Source: an uncultured Pseudobdellovibrionaceae bacterium
Lineage (GTDB): Bacteria; Bdellovibrionota; Bdellovibrionia; Bdellovibrionales; UBA1609
Assembly (NCBI GenBank): GCA_963803705.1
Contig: CAWDNU010000004.1
Coordinates: 544,001 to 608,000 of the forward strand
Direction of reading: 5' to 3'
DNA length: 64,000 nt
The notes beneath the pieces are model-generated. The model saw nothing but the letters and a program-made list of their open reading frames with translations, was not told where the DNA came from and did not search any database. The position numbers were made by a program, and so were the translations under genes. Shown here in pieces: positions 41,517 through 52,160 of the stretch; the first letter of the stretch is position 1, and each line of letters begins with the position of its first letter.

Positions 41517-43240
41517 ACTAATTGATCAATTGAGTTTGATATAAAGACGAATAGATTCCGGTTTTCGACTTGACCAAAGCTCTATGATTGCCCTCTTCAA
41601 CAATTATGTCCGTCATTTATTACTAGAATACTATCTGCATTTTGAACAGTCGAGAGCCTATGTGCAATGATAAAGACTGTTCTATCTTTCATTAAATTAT
41701 GAATAGCCCCTTGAACTACGGCTTCAGACTTATTGTCTAAGGCTGATGTGGCCTCATCTAAAATTACAATTTGCGAATTTTTTATAAAAGCCCTTGCAAT
41801 GGCAAGACGTTGTTTTTGACCACCTGAAAGCATTATGCCTCGTTCGCCAATTTGTGTGTTTAAACCTCGGTCTTGGGATTTTACAAAGTCATCAAGACAA
41901 GCACTTTTCAATGCTTTATAGATTTTTTCGTCGCTGACATTTTTATTGTTCAAAAGAATATTTTCTCTAAAAGTTCCTGCAAATAAAAAGTTATCCTGAA
42001 AGACTATAGCGATGTGTGATCTAAGGTTTTTTAAATTAATATCTTTAATATTAATACCGTCTATTAAGATTTCGCCTTGAACGACGTCATAAAATCTTGG
42101 TAATAAATTTACAAACGTAGTTTTACCACCGCCCGAGTTACCAACGAGTGCTATGGTCTCGCCCACCTTAATATTAACGTTTATATTCTTTTAATACTGG
42201 ACGATCTGTTTAAATATTCAAAACCTACATTTTTATAAATTATATTGTTTTTTATATATTCTAGTTTCAATGAATTTCTTTTATCTGTGACCAACGGAAT
42301 CTTGTCCATTGTGGCGTTGATTCTTTCAATGGCGAGCATAGACATCTGAATGGAGTTGTAATTATTTCCTATGCTTTTAACGGGTGTATACAGCATGAGC
42401 AAGGCCGTTAAAAAGGAAACAAAGCTACCTGGTGAGATTTCATTGTTTAGAATTAAATAGCTGCCCAATCCAAATGACAGTTCCAATTCCAATGGACACG
42501 ATAAAGTGCATTAAAGGTGAAATTATGCCCGTTCGTTGTGTGATTTTAATATTTAAACTAAAAACGGAATCTAGAGATTTTCTAAATTTATGACTTAAGT
42601 GTTCTGATAAGTTATATGAGGTTACAACCCGGTTTCCACTAAAAGCTTCATTATAATGAGTAACTACAGCAGACCCGGTTTGAACTGTTTGACTCATAAG
42701 TTGTTTTAATTTTTTTCTGACTAACGTCAATGGAAATAATGCCAGTAAAAATACGAAAACGGAGACTATAGCTAGCTGCCATGAATTGTAAAAAAGCACT
42801 GCAATTAAAGATAAGGTCGAAATAATACGTGTTAGAAACTGTCTTGCATTTGTAAGTAAGCCATTGCAGGCCATATCAACGTCATTATTGAATCTGTAAA
42901 GAACTTCACCGGATGTAGATCGATCAAAAAATGCTGCATCAAAAGTCATAAGCTTGTTGAACATACTGTGCTTAACATCATTGGTGATTTTACTACCCAC
43001 CCAAGTGTTTAAATAACTAATTGAGTAAATAAGAAATCCTTGGATAAGTGCAAAAGCAATAATTAAGCCTGGTATATATGATACATTGGTTGCAGATTTT
43101 TCGATTAGAATAATATCCATATATGGCTTTAGCGCAAGAGCAATCATTGCATCCATAGATCCAACAGGGACGGATAGAACAGCTGCTAAGGTTGCTCTGA
43201 ACCAATATGGCTTTAAATAAGGCAGTATTGTTTTGATGTT
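41517..43240 (-). CDS. Second MsbA-like ABC exporter, split into 3-4 frames
   Basis: TMD (FFDRSTSG), FLTALLMLYTPVK, GNSGGGKT, LSGGQKQR, DEATSALD in consecutive ORFs; boundaries approximate. Confidence 0.8.
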
Positions 43241-43301
43241 TTTTAGACTGCTACTTTTGACTTTACTCAATAAAACCTCTATTTTCTTCAAACTCTTAAA
43301 A

Positions 43302-44042
43302 CTATAAGCCAACTGAAGGTTTTTTAAATACAAAAACCTTCTCGCCACGAAGCAAACCATATTTAATAACGTCTTCAGACTCAGCGGTTATTTCAGACTC
43401 TAGAACTAATCCACTTTTTTGTAATCTGTCTCGAAAATCTCTACCGTAGTATCTTATGTGATCGTTTTGACCAAAATGAATCCATCTATCTTCATCAGAA
43501 TCAACAGAATTATTTTCATAAGTATTTTCCCAACCTTCAATGATGGGCACCATTGCTATGAGGACACCACCAGGCTTGAGAATACGAGCGATTTCACAAG
43601 ATGCTTTATAGTCATCGACATGCTCAAGGACGTGGCTTGCAACAACACAATTCTGACTGTTAGGAGGTAATTCAATATTTTCTAAATTTAGCTTGAGATC
43701 AGCTGGTTGAAAAAGATCTGCCGTCTTATAATCATTAAATTTTGATCTGAAGTACATTTCAAATATTTTTTCGGGTGCAAAATGTAGCAATGGCTCTAGG
43801 TTAGAGTCAGTAGTCGGTATCTCACCTCTCTCAAAAGCTAAATAAAGCAATCTATGCCGCTCCAAGCTTTTGCAGTTAGGGCATTGAGCATCTAATCTGG
43901 GCGGACGTCCGAAAAAACCAAACCAGCCTTTAAAACCACACATCGGGCATTCTCTTTTTGATATAGGCTTAAGACTGTGTTTTGTGAAATAATCAGTTGA
44001 GCTTTCTTTCGGTTTGGATTTTAAAAAATTAAGTATTTTCAT
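43302..44042 (-). CDS. Class I SAM-dependent methyltransferase
   Basis: CPMC..CPNC.SLERHR, LHFAPE, SHVLEHV, RILKPGG, FGQ.DH.R.YG. Confidence 0.88.
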   Translation of the reverse strand: MKILNFLKSKPKESSTDYFTKHSLKPISKRECPMCGFKGWFGFFGRPPRLDAQCPNCKSLERHRLLYLAFERGEIPTTDSNLEPLLHFAPEKIFEMYFRSKFNDYKTADLFQPADLKLNLENIELPPNSQNCVVASHVLEHVDDYKASCEIARILKPGGVLIAMVPIIEGWENTYENNSVDSDEDRWIHFGQNDHIRYYGRDFRDRLQKSGLVLESEITAESEDVIKYGLLRGEKVFVFKKPSVGL

Positions 44043-45018
44043 AATTTCCCTTATTTAAATTCTGTTTGCTAATATTAATTACCTTGTAATTATTAAACCC
44101 ACCTATTTCTCGACCTATTAACTTTTCTAAAAAAGATGCCACACGATATCTAAATTTTTCATGCTTATTTAGTCCTCGACCTTTCTTAATTGGTCCAGAT
44201 TTTTGCAGCAGATGATCCCAATCCATAGATTTAATTCGCTTTAACATTACATTTGGATGAGTGTCTTTAAACAAAGGAACACGATCTAAGGGTCCGTAAT
44301 CCACCAGTTTTTTTGGAACAATTTCAGAGTAATCCGAAGCTCCACCACCCCGTTTAGTTTTTTGCATCATCATGTTTTTTCTATACATGATGTCAGGGGG
44401 ACGGACATGTCCATAGTGAAAGATGCGCGCTTTAAGCTCTATTACTTTTAATTTTTCAGCGTTTTCTTTGTTAAAATAATCTGTGTAATGGCCCTTGTAG
44501 CCATAGATTTTTCTAAAAGACTGGGCGTCATTCCAAGAATGAATGTATTTTTGCTTTCGAACAATTCTAATTTCTTTCCAATAGTGTCCGTGACATCTTT
44601 GCACATGGTTGTAGTCCCCCCAAAAGTGATTGTATTGAAATAAAAAACCTTCAACCTCTGGGACATTGAGGTACTTTTTGCAGTTCTCTAAAATGTCTGG
44701 AATGTCGTTTTCGTGAACCACTTCATCCGACTGCAGATAAAAAAGCCAATCCCCTGAACATGCATCCATGGCAATATCTGTTTGTCTTGCATACTCGGTG
44801 TTTTTTGGGAAAGACTTGGTATCCCAAGGGCTTTGTATGATTTTAATTTTTGGGTCATTTAAAGCAATAACGGACTGTAACGTCGTGTCGTCAGGGTCAT
44901 TGTCACCCATAGCTATTACGAACTCATCCACGAAGGGAAGGACAGACTTCAAGGATTCTAGGAATGGATAAAATAGTTTCGAGGTGTTACGCATAAAAGT
45001 GAAACCACTAATTTTCAT
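44029..45018 (-). CDS. GT-A (family 2-like) glycosyltransferase
   Basis: ISGFTF.RN, VDEFVI, W.FYLQSDEV, IFHYGHV. Confidence 0.85.
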   Translation of the reverse strand: MKISGFTFMRNTSKLFYPFLESLKSVLPFVDEFVIAMGDNDPDDTTLQSVIALNDPKIKIIQSPWDTKSFPKNTEYARQTDIAMDACSGDWLFYLQSDEVVHENDIPDILENCKKYLNVPEVEGFLFQYNHFWGDYNHVQRCHGHYWKEIRIVRKQKYIHSWNDAQSFRKIYGYKGHYTDYFNKENAEKLKVIELKARIFHYGHVRPPDIMYRKNMMMQKTKRGGGASDYSEIVPKKLVDYGPLDRVPLFKDTHPNVMLKRIKSMDWDHLLQKSGPIKKGRGLNKHEKFRYRVASFLEKLIGREIGGFNNYKVINISKQNLNKGNYENT

Positions 45019-45144
45019 ACCTTTGATCCTTTTTGATTTTAAAGTTAGTCTAAGATATACATATAATTTAGAAATTTAAAAAGTACTTATTGAGCAAAGA
45101 ATTCAGTGTTAGATTTTATGCTAGTATTTTAATCAAAACCTAGT

Positions 45145-46101
45145 TTGTACCCTAAATTGGAGGAACTTATTAAAACTTCACTTGTTACCGGCGGTGCCGG
45201 GTTTTTAGGGAGTCATCTGTGCTCGACTTTGCTTGATCAAGGTCAAAAGGTGGTTTGTTTAGATAATTTTTTTACAGGCCGCTTACAAAATATCGAACCA
45301 CTCTTAAGCCACCCAAACTTTGTGCTTATTAAGCATGATATTATCAACCCACTAGTTTTTAAGGATAAAATTGACACCATCTGGAATTTGGCTTGTCCTG
45401 CAAGCCCACCTCATTATCAGAAAGACCCGATATACACGACTAAGATTTCTTTTATGGGGGCATTAAATATGTTAGAATTAGCGCGCGAGAAAAATGCGCT
45501 TTTTTTTCAAGCTTCTACAAGTGAAGTTTATGGCGATCCAGAGCAACATCCACAAACAGAAAACTATCGTGGAGCCGTAAATCCCATCGGAATTCGGGCT
45601 TGCTATGATGAAGGCAAGCGTGTTGCTGAGACACTTGCTTATGACTTTCAAAGACAGCATAACTTAAATGTGCGAGTGGCACGTATATTTAATACTTATG
45701 GCCCTCAGATGGATCCAAAAGATGGTCGTGTTGTTTCTAACTTTATTATGCAGGCTTTAAAAAATGACGATATCACGATTTACGGCGAAGGCACCCAGAC
45801 TAGAAGTTTTTGTTATGTTGACGATTTGATTCAAGGTTTCCATAAACTTGTTGATTCTAAATACACAGAACCGGTAAACCTAGGCAATCCAGATGAATTT
45901 AAAGTCAAAGATTTAGCTGATTTAATAATTTTAAAAACTGAAACAAAATCTAGAATCACCTATCAACCTTTACCTAGCGATGATCCATTACAAAGATGTC
46001 CAAATATCAGCCTTGCCTTAGAAAAACTAGGCTGGATCCCTAGTGTCAAACTTGATCAAGGGTTAGATAAAACAATCGAATACTTTAAAAATTACATCTA
46101 A
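45145..46101 (+). CDS. UDP-glucuronate decarboxylase (UDP-xylose synthase family)
   Basis: [49 protein letters not shown]. Confidence 0.92.
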   Translation: MYPKLEELIKTSLVTGGAGFLGSHLCSTLLDQGQKVVCLDNFFTGRLQNIEPLLSHPNFVLIKHDIINPLVFKDKIDTIWNLACPASPPHYQKDPIYTTKISFMGALNMLELAREKNALFFQASTSEVYGDPEQHPQTENYRGAVNPIGIRACYDEGKRVAETLAYDFQRQHNLNVRVARIFNTYGPQMDPKDGRVVSNFIMQALKNDDITIYGEGTQTRSFCYVDDLIQGFHKLVDSKYTEPVNLGNPDEFKVKDLADLIILKTETKSRITYQPLPSDDPLQRCPNISLALEKLGWIPSVKLDQGLDKTIEYFKNYI

Positions 46102-46107
46102 CAAGTT

Positions 46108-46587
46108 GTGAACAGCGCTTCCAAAAATTACATCACCCGTAAAGGTTTTGAAAACCTTAAAGCTGAGGCCCACCAGCTTTTTTACGTCGAAAGACCTAAA
46201 GTTGTCGAAGTGGTAAGTTGGGCTGCCAGCAATGGTGACCGTAGCGAAAATGCTGATTACCACTACGGTAAAAAACGACTACGTGAAATTGATGGAAGAT
46301 TAAGATCTCTAGCGCTTAAGATGGATAACGCACAGATAGTACACCCTGAACTTATTAAAAGTGATAAAGTCGTTTTTGGGGCTACAATCACACTTGAGCT
46401 TGAAAGCGCTGAATCAAAAACTTATCAAATTGTCGGTGAAGATGAAATCGATACAACGGGAAATAAGATAAGCTGGAAGAGTCCTGTCGCTAAAGCTCTA
46501 ATTGGCAAATCTTTAAATGATGAAGTTTTGATCAAAAAACCTAAACAAAATGAGTGGGTTAGAATTTATAAAATAGCCTATGTTTAG
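46108..46587 (+). CDS. greB: Transcription elongation factor GreB
   Basis: ERP.VV..VSWAASNGDRSENADY.YGK.RLREID. Confidence 0.93.
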   Translation: MNSASKNYITRKGFENLKAEAHQLFYVERPKVVEVVSWAASNGDRSENADYHYGKKRLREIDGRLRSLALKMDNAQIVHPELIKSDKVVFGATITLELESAESKTYQIVGEDEIDTTGNKISWKSPVAKALIGKSLNDEVLIKKPKQNEWVRIYKIAYV

Positions 46588-46678
46588 TCTAAAACCTTAT
46601 TAATTTTCGCTTTTAGAATTAAACAATTCAGTGATATTAGTAGTGGCATTATCAATTTAGTAGAAAAGGATCATGTAA

Positions 46679-47674
46679 ATGGCAAAAAAACTTGCAATAC
46701 GAAAGCCCCGCGGTAAAGGCTTTACCTACATCTATAAAGCAAGTGGAGAAACCATTAAAGATATTGCTTTAAAAAAATGGATTAAGTCATTGGTAATCCC
46801 ACCCGCTTGGACAAAGGTTAAAATAGATTTAAATAACAAAGCTAAGATACATTCCTGGGGTCGTGATGCTAAAGGTAGAAAGCAATATATTTATAACCAA
46901 GATTTTAGAGCTAAAAAAGAAAAAGAAAAATACGATCACATCATTGAATTTGCAAAAAGGCTTCCCAAAACCAGAAAAAGAATTCAAAAAGATCTTAAGC
47001 GCAAGGGTTTAGATAAAAAAAGAGTGTTAGCGTGCATGGTAAAACTTTTGGACGAAGCCTACTTTAGGGCAGGAAGTGAAAAATACGCTAAAGAAAATAA
47101 GACTTACGGGCTAACTACAATAAGATCTAAGCACCTTAAAGATTTTAAAGACCACCTTGAGTTTCACTACACCGGTAAGTCCGGCAAAAAGCAGATTAGA
47201 AAAGTCGATGACAAAATGATGGTCGATATAATTTTGAAAATAGACAAACTACCAGGTTTCGAGATTTTTAAATACGTTGATGAAAAAGGAAAAGTTGTTG
47301 ATGTTGATAGAAACTGTTTAAATGACTATATCCACGATGTTGTAGGTAAAGGCTTCACAGCTAAAGACTTTAGAACTTGGGCAGGTACATGCCTGGCTGC
47401 AATACTACTTTCTGAATTTGAGATTTCTAAAGACAAAAAATTAATTAGTAAGAATATTGTAAAAGCTGTCGATGGAGTGGCTAAGCACTTAGGAAATACC
47501 AGAGCAGTCGCTAAATCTAGCTACATAGACCCACGGGTGATCAAACATTATAATGCAGGCAGAACCATAAAACCATATTTGAGAGAGGTAAAAAACGAGC
47601 TCACTTCAGAGGTCACAGTCAGGTCTAGCGAAGGCGAGAAAGCTGTTCTCAAGCTTATTGGCCTAAAGATTTAG
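46679..47674 (+). CDS. DNA topoisomerase IB, bacterial/poxvirus-like
   Basis: IPPAW, GRDAKGRKQYIY, R.G, YGLTT, GKSGK, AKDFRTW, LGNT.AV...SYI. Confidence 0.92.
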   Translation: MAKKLAIRKPRGKGFTYIYKASGETIKDIALKKWIKSLVIPPAWTKVKIDLNNKAKIHSWGRDAKGRKQYIYNQDFRAKKEKEKYDHIIEFAKRLPKTRKRIQKDLKRKGLDKKRVLACMVKLLDEAYFRAGSEKYAKENKTYGLTTIRSKHLKDFKDHLEFHYTGKSGKKQIRKVDDKMMVDIILKIDKLPGFEIFKYVDEKGKVVDVDRNCLNDYIHDVVGKGFTAKDFRTWAGTCLAAILLSEFEISKDKKLISKNIVKAVDGVAKHLGNTRAVAKSSYIDPRVIKHYNAGRTIKPYLREVKNELTSEVTVRSSEGEKAVLKLIGLKI

Positions 47675-47733
47675 GTACTCACCTTTCTCTTCGCGCTCAC
47701 ATCGCAAAAAAATAGCGTTAGCTAACAGCTTAA

Positions 47734-48384
47734 TTACTTGAGTTTTGGAGTCGGCTTTTCAACTTCAGGCTCGTTAATGATATGGTTGTCGGCCATCTCA
47801 ATCTCTGAGCTCCACTCCACTTGATCTTTCTCCTCAACTTGACCAACTTTATCGATCTCCTTATAGGCAATGGTTCCTCGGCGGGGGTAATCTTCAAGAG
47901 CCACAACTTTTAGGCCATCTAACAGGTCATCGAACTGTGGGCGTGCAAAGGGTAAACTGCTCGTGCTACAGAAAAAAAGTTTTCCATCTGAATCTATTAA
48001 AAACAATCCAGGCTCTGAAAAATATTTAGGTTCTTCGTCTTTTATTGAATTGGAAATAAATAAACCCCAATTAACCATCGATTTAGGATCAAAATTAAAA
48101 CCTAAGGTAAGCTCGCCCAAGCGGTTTTCTGATTGCGTCTTTTTAGCCAGTTCTTCTGTATCACCACTCACAGCAATAACATTTGATACGCCTAAGTTTT
48201 TAAAATCATCAAGCCTAGCGGCCAAATCTGTAAGATAGTCTCTACAAATAGGACAGTGATCACCCCGGTAAAAAACTACCATTGTAAATTTATTTGGCTT
48301 CTGTTCTGATAGGCTCCACGTTTTTCCAGCAAGTGTTTTTATCGTAAGCGCTGGCGCTACTGTACTTGGTCTCATCATGTTCAT
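47734..48384 (-). CDS. AhpC/TSA peroxiredoxin-like protein
   Basis: FYRG.HCPIC, FSEPGLFLI, PFARP. Confidence 0.85.
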   Translation of the reverse strand: MNMMRPSTVAPALTIKTLAGKTWSLSEQKPNKFTMVVFYRGDHCPICRDYLTDLAARLDDFKNLGVSNVIAVSGDTEELAKKTQSENRLGELTLGFNFDPKSMVNWGLFISNSIKDEEPKYFSEPGLFLIDSDGKLFFCSTSSLPFARPQFDDLLDGLKVVALEDYPRRGTIAYKEIDKVGQVEEKDQVEWSSEIEMADNHIINEPEVEKPTPKLK

Positions 48385-48463
48385 CTCCTAAGGTTTTAAA
48401 GAAAGATATCAAGTGCCTCATTAAGACGATAGCAAAATGATGTGGAGAATTATTAACAAATAC

Positions 48464-49066
48464 CTATAAATAAAATGCAGAAAGCATTTCTCTTAAGGAC
48501 AGAGAGAACAAAACTGTAGACGCAATGTAAAAACCAAACCTGACGTACAATACAGATTTATTTGATTTCAACCATTCGGCTATACATTTGACAACTTGGT
48601 CCAGAACAAGGTTGTAGTAGTCATCTGCCTTTTTTGAATTGATTAAAAGTGCAATCTTAGTCTTCATATCTTCGGCTTTAGCTGACTCAAGTTCGTCAAC
48701 TATCATCTTTTTTAGATGGACCTCAAAATTTTCAAAATAATACAGGACTTTTTTAGCACCACTTATGTGGGTAAAAATTGAATAGCAAAAAAAAGTAATG
48801 GATAAAAGTGCACAAATTGCACTGAAATAAAAGTTTTGTGCAAAGATTAAAACTACGATGGATAGCACGTTTAATAGAATAAGAAAGAAATAAATTTTTG
48901 ATCTTTTCCAGATAAGCTTAAAAAATCGATTAATTTCATCTTCGACAAGCTCTTGGACTCTAAGAATAACTCTTTCTTCAATTTTTGAATCTACAAATTT
49001 TTTTGCCTGGTTCATGCCAAGATTAACTGCTGTTCTAAAATAAGGGCTTAAAATAAATTGTAGCAT
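48464..49066 (-). CDS. Hypothetical membrane protein
   Basis: 200-aa ORF with about 3 hydrophobic segments; no motif recognised. Confidence 0.6.
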   Translation of the reverse strand: MLQFILSPYFRTAVNLGMNQAKKFVDSKIEERVILRVQELVEDEINRFFKLIWKRSKIYFFLILLNVLSIVVLIFAQNFYFSAICALLSITFFCYSIFTHISGAKKVLYYFENFEVHLKKMIVDELESAKAEDMKTKIALLINSKKADDYYNLVLDQVVKCIAEWLKSNKSVLYVRFGFYIASTVLFSLSLREMLSAFYL

Positions 49067-49201
49067 TGGAATAGTTTACTCTAAACTAAGAATAAAAACT
49101 AATCTGAAATGCATCAGTAATAATTGGTGGTGGCGTCGCTATAGACCTTAAGTAGCTGATTTCATAGAGCCTAAAACATCAACCTGTCCTGAGGTTGAAC
49201 C

Positions 49202-49498
49202 CGGCTTAACTTCACAACTCAAGCTGGCTATGAGCAAACAGGCAAAAGGCCCGCTATTGTCATTTCCCTTAAAGCGTACAACTAAAAAACCAAACTTGTT
49301 TTATGCTGTCCGATCACGTCACATACTAAAGGCTACCCTTTTGAAGTTCAGGTTGAAGGTAAAAAAGTTAAAGGATCAATACTCTCTGATCATCTTAGAA
49401 ACTTAGACTGGAAAGCTCGAAAAATTAAATTTATTGAAAAATCTGACAACGCTGTCCTTGATGAGTGCTTAGATAAAATCTCTACACTTATTTTATGA
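49202..49498 (+). pseudogene. mazF: MazF/PemK toxin pseudogene
   Basis: RLNFTTQAGYEQTGKRPAIVIS..YN*KTK..CCPITS..KGYPFEV..DHLRNLDWKAR; in-frame TAA at 49283; no start codon or antitoxin seen. Confidence 0.88.
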
Positions 49499-49720
49499 AC
49501 CTGTCCTGGCGACTTTTAGGAAGCTTTGTCTAAAGCCGGTTCAAAAAAAAATTTTCGTCCATAGAGATGTTCTTTTTTCAAAAAACCTTGATTAATTTTT
49601 TGAACTTAAAGTTGCTTTGTCTGGAATACTTCCATCAATTCACTGGGGAAGCCCAAACAGAAAAGCAGAGCCTGAAACCCTCTTCTGGTATGAAGAAGAT
49701 TTATAATAACTAGCATTTTG

Positions 49721-49750
49721 CACCCACATTTCACCCACACAACACCCACA
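49721..49750. repeat. Three CACCCACA direct repeats with 11-bp period
   Basis: Copies start at 49721, 49732 and 49743. Confidence 0.85.
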
Positions 49751-49874
49751 TAAAGTGGTTAAACATAACTCTTTATAGTTAGATAAACTTTTTTGAAAGT
49801 CTGTAACTTATTGAATCTATTCGCTTTTAACTTTAGCTATTTATCTTACTTTTTCTAAATACGCCTGCGGAGAA

Positions 49875-49951
49875 TGGTGATGGCGGCAGGATTCGAACCT
49901 GCGACCCACAGCTTAGAAGGCTGTTGCTCTATCCAACTGAGCTACGCCACC
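49875..49951 (-). tRNA. tRNA-Arg (anticodon TCT)
   Basis: GGTGGCGTAGCTCAGTTGGATAGAGCAACAGCCTTCTAAGCTGTGGGTCGCAGGTTCGAATCCTGCCGCCATCACCA; 77 nt with encoded CCA. Confidence 0.97.
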
Positions 49952-50026
49952 AAAAAATGAGAACTTAATAAAGATATGAAGTTCAAGATTCAATTTATAT
50001 TGTAAAAACTTAGTAAATACAAAACT

Positions 50027-51268
50027 TTATGTGTTAGGTGCTTTATTTTTAATCTTTTGTAATTCAGAAATACGTTTTTTCATCTCTTCAACTTGAGGCT
50101 GTTCAAAGGGATCTATTTCTAAAAACTGTCCTAAACAAGCAATAGAAATTTGATGAATCAGAACAAAATCAACTAAAGACTTTAAACTAATCTCTTCTAG
50201 CTCCAAATGAACAAATGGGATTTCAAGCTCTTTAAAGGTCTTTATCAAACTTAGTGATTCGGTGTTGAACAAGTTTAAAAACGACTGTCCTGAAAAGTCC
50301 CATTTGGATTTAAAATGGTCTTGATCTAGCCCTTGGCTAGCAACGCTATCGCCAAGTTCCTTTAAGGTGAGCACGAAATTTACGCTTTTCTGGCTTTGAG
50401 CGATAGCCTGCTGTAGGTAAGAATGCTGGTCACTTGCACCTTTGCAAAGCACAAAGACAGGAAGTGACAAACCTTTAGGTAAGTTTGCTTGCCCTAAGCT
50501 TTCCGACCAAAGTTGCCTTAACCACTTTCCAAAGCCCAACATTTGATCTGAATAGATCCAAAAGTTAAGAGTTCCAATGTGATTTTCAATTAGGTGGTAA
50601 TAAATAGATGAAAGCTCAATGCCCCTAATATTGGAACCTAAAACCGAATCAGCACCCGAATAAAAATTGGTGAAAAAAGACTCTAAATCTTGATCCATAC
50701 CAAACATAACAGGAAGCATCCCTACTGGAGTCAAAACAGAGAATCGCCCCGAAACATCTTCTGGCACCAACAGACACCAGGCTCCGACCTTATCAGACCA
50801 CTTTTTTAGTACTGAGTCTTTATTTGCTGTTAAAACCGCACAATGCTTAGGTACGTCTAATCCATTTTTTTCAAGTTGATCAATAACCCAATTTGCAACT
50901 GCAAGGGTTTCAAAAGTCCCCCCACTTTTCGACATAAATAAAAAGTGCGTTTTCGACAAATCTGTAATGGTGTTCCATCGTCTAGTCAAACCAACAGGAT
51001 CCGGATTTTCTAAAAAAATAACTTTTCTCGGAAAGGTTAAAGCTTTTATAAAAGACTCTGCACCTAGATGGCTACCGCCAATACCGACAACTACTAGCTC
51101 AGAAAAATTGTCTTTCAAGTGACGCGCATATTCACCAGTCACCTGCCATAGAATCTGATTTTGCAAAGCTTTAACAAACGAATGATTAGACTCAATAAAA
51201 TCCTCATATTGCTTTTTTAAAAGCTCGGAGCTATTAAGTGCTAAGTTGTGACTAACTACCTTTACCAC
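50027..51268 (-). CDS. pgi: Glucose-6-phosphate isomerase
   Basis: GIGGS.LG, SKSGGT.ET, GRFSV, QLWSESLG, DQHS..Q, DPFEQPQVE..K; GTG start at 51268 behind AGAGG. Confidence 0.88.
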   Translation of the reverse strand: MVKVVSHNLALNSSELLKKQYEDFIESNHSFVKALQNQILWQVTGEYARHLKDNFSELVVVGIGGSHLGAESFIKALTFPRKVIFLENPDPVGLTRRWNTITDLSKTHFLFMSKSGGTFETLAVANWVIDQLEKNGLDVPKHCAVLTANKDSVLKKWSDKVGAWCLLVPEDVSGRFSVLTPVGMLPVMFGMDQDLESFFTNFYSGADSVLGSNIRGIELSSIYYHLIENHIGTLNFWIYSDQMLGFGKWLRQLWSESLGQANLPKGLSLPVFVLCKGASDQHSYLQQAIAQSQKSVNFVLTLKELGDSVASQGLDQDHFKSKWDFSGQSFLNLFNTESLSLIKTFKELEIPFVHLELEEISLKSLVDFVLIHQISIACLGQFLEIDPFEQPQVEEMKKRISELQKIKNKAPNT

Positions 51269-51308
51269 TAAAACCTCTTTAGCTTTAAATATTGAGAACT
51301 TGGAAAAA

Positions 51309-52160
51309 TTACCGATTAGTTCTAGAGAATTCAAACTGGCTAAGCGCCAACAGACCCTCGGGCTGACCAGCATCAAAACGTTCACCTAAAACAACTTCGC
51401 CCAGAAGTTTCTTTGCCGAGGCCATTCTGTCTAGCGCTCTAGTTATGTGTAGCTCTTCGCTTTCCTTTAAATTTTTTATCTGAGCCAACTCTTCTTCAAC
51501 GGAACTCCAAAAGTCAGATTTAAAAAGATATCGCCCCGGCAGCATGTAAGGGCTAGGAGCTTTATCAGCGCTGGGCTTTTCAACTAAGGACTTAAGCTCG
51601 TAAGTTTGTTCATGTAAATTGTCGCCCAGATCTGCTATACCGTAACGAATGACTTCAGCTTTCGGAACTTCAAAAAGACCTACTACACTTTGATCAAATT
51701 TTTGGTAGGTCGAGAGCAATTTTTGGCTTGGGTTACTTGTCGGGCTAATAAATACTTCATCAGGTAATAGGACAAAAAATGGTTCTTCAGCGACTGATTT
51801 TTTACATAGGCCGATTGCTTCTGCCAAACCTTTTGATTCATACTGGATCACAAAGGTAATTTCAGGCCAGGTTTCTAGAAACTTTGTCTTTTGTAATATC
51901 TTAGATTTTGCAGGGTTATCATTAATTTTAGAGTATTTTTCTTTAATATTAAAGAAGTTTTCAAAAAGCGGCTTTTTCCAGGGGCTTACAACTAAACAAA
52001 TCTCTTCGACACCGGCTTCTTTTAGCTCTTCTATAGCGTAATAAATAAGGGGCATATCGAAAACTGGAAAAATTTCTTTAGGAATAGCAGCTGAGACAGG
52101 TAAAAAACGTGTACCTAGACCACCTGCCGGGATAATTGCTTTTCTGACTTTTAAAGACAT
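51309..52160 (-). CDS. galU: UTP--glucose-1-phosphate uridylyltransferase
   Basis: KAIIPAGGLGTRFLP..PKE, KGLA.A, VEKP, GRY, RFDAG. Confidence 0.9.
   Translation of the reverse strand: MSLKVRKAIIPAGGLGTRFLPVSAAIPKEIFPVFDMPLIYYAIEELKEAGVEEICLVVSPWKKPLFENFFNIKEKYSKINDNPAKSKILQKTKFLETWPEITFVIQYESKGLAEAIGLCKKSVAEEPFFVLLPDEVFISPTSNPSQKLLSTYQKFDQSVVGLFEVPKAEVIRYGIADLGDNLHEQTYELKSLVEKPSADKAPSPYMLPGRYLFKSDFWSSVEEELAQIKNLKESEELHITRALDRMASAKKLLGEVVLGERFDAGQPEGLLALSQFEFSRTNR

Noticed and set aside
49496..49560. TGAACCTGTCC as an IS3-type terminal repeat
   Set aside because: No partner inverted repeat or transposase remnant could be supported
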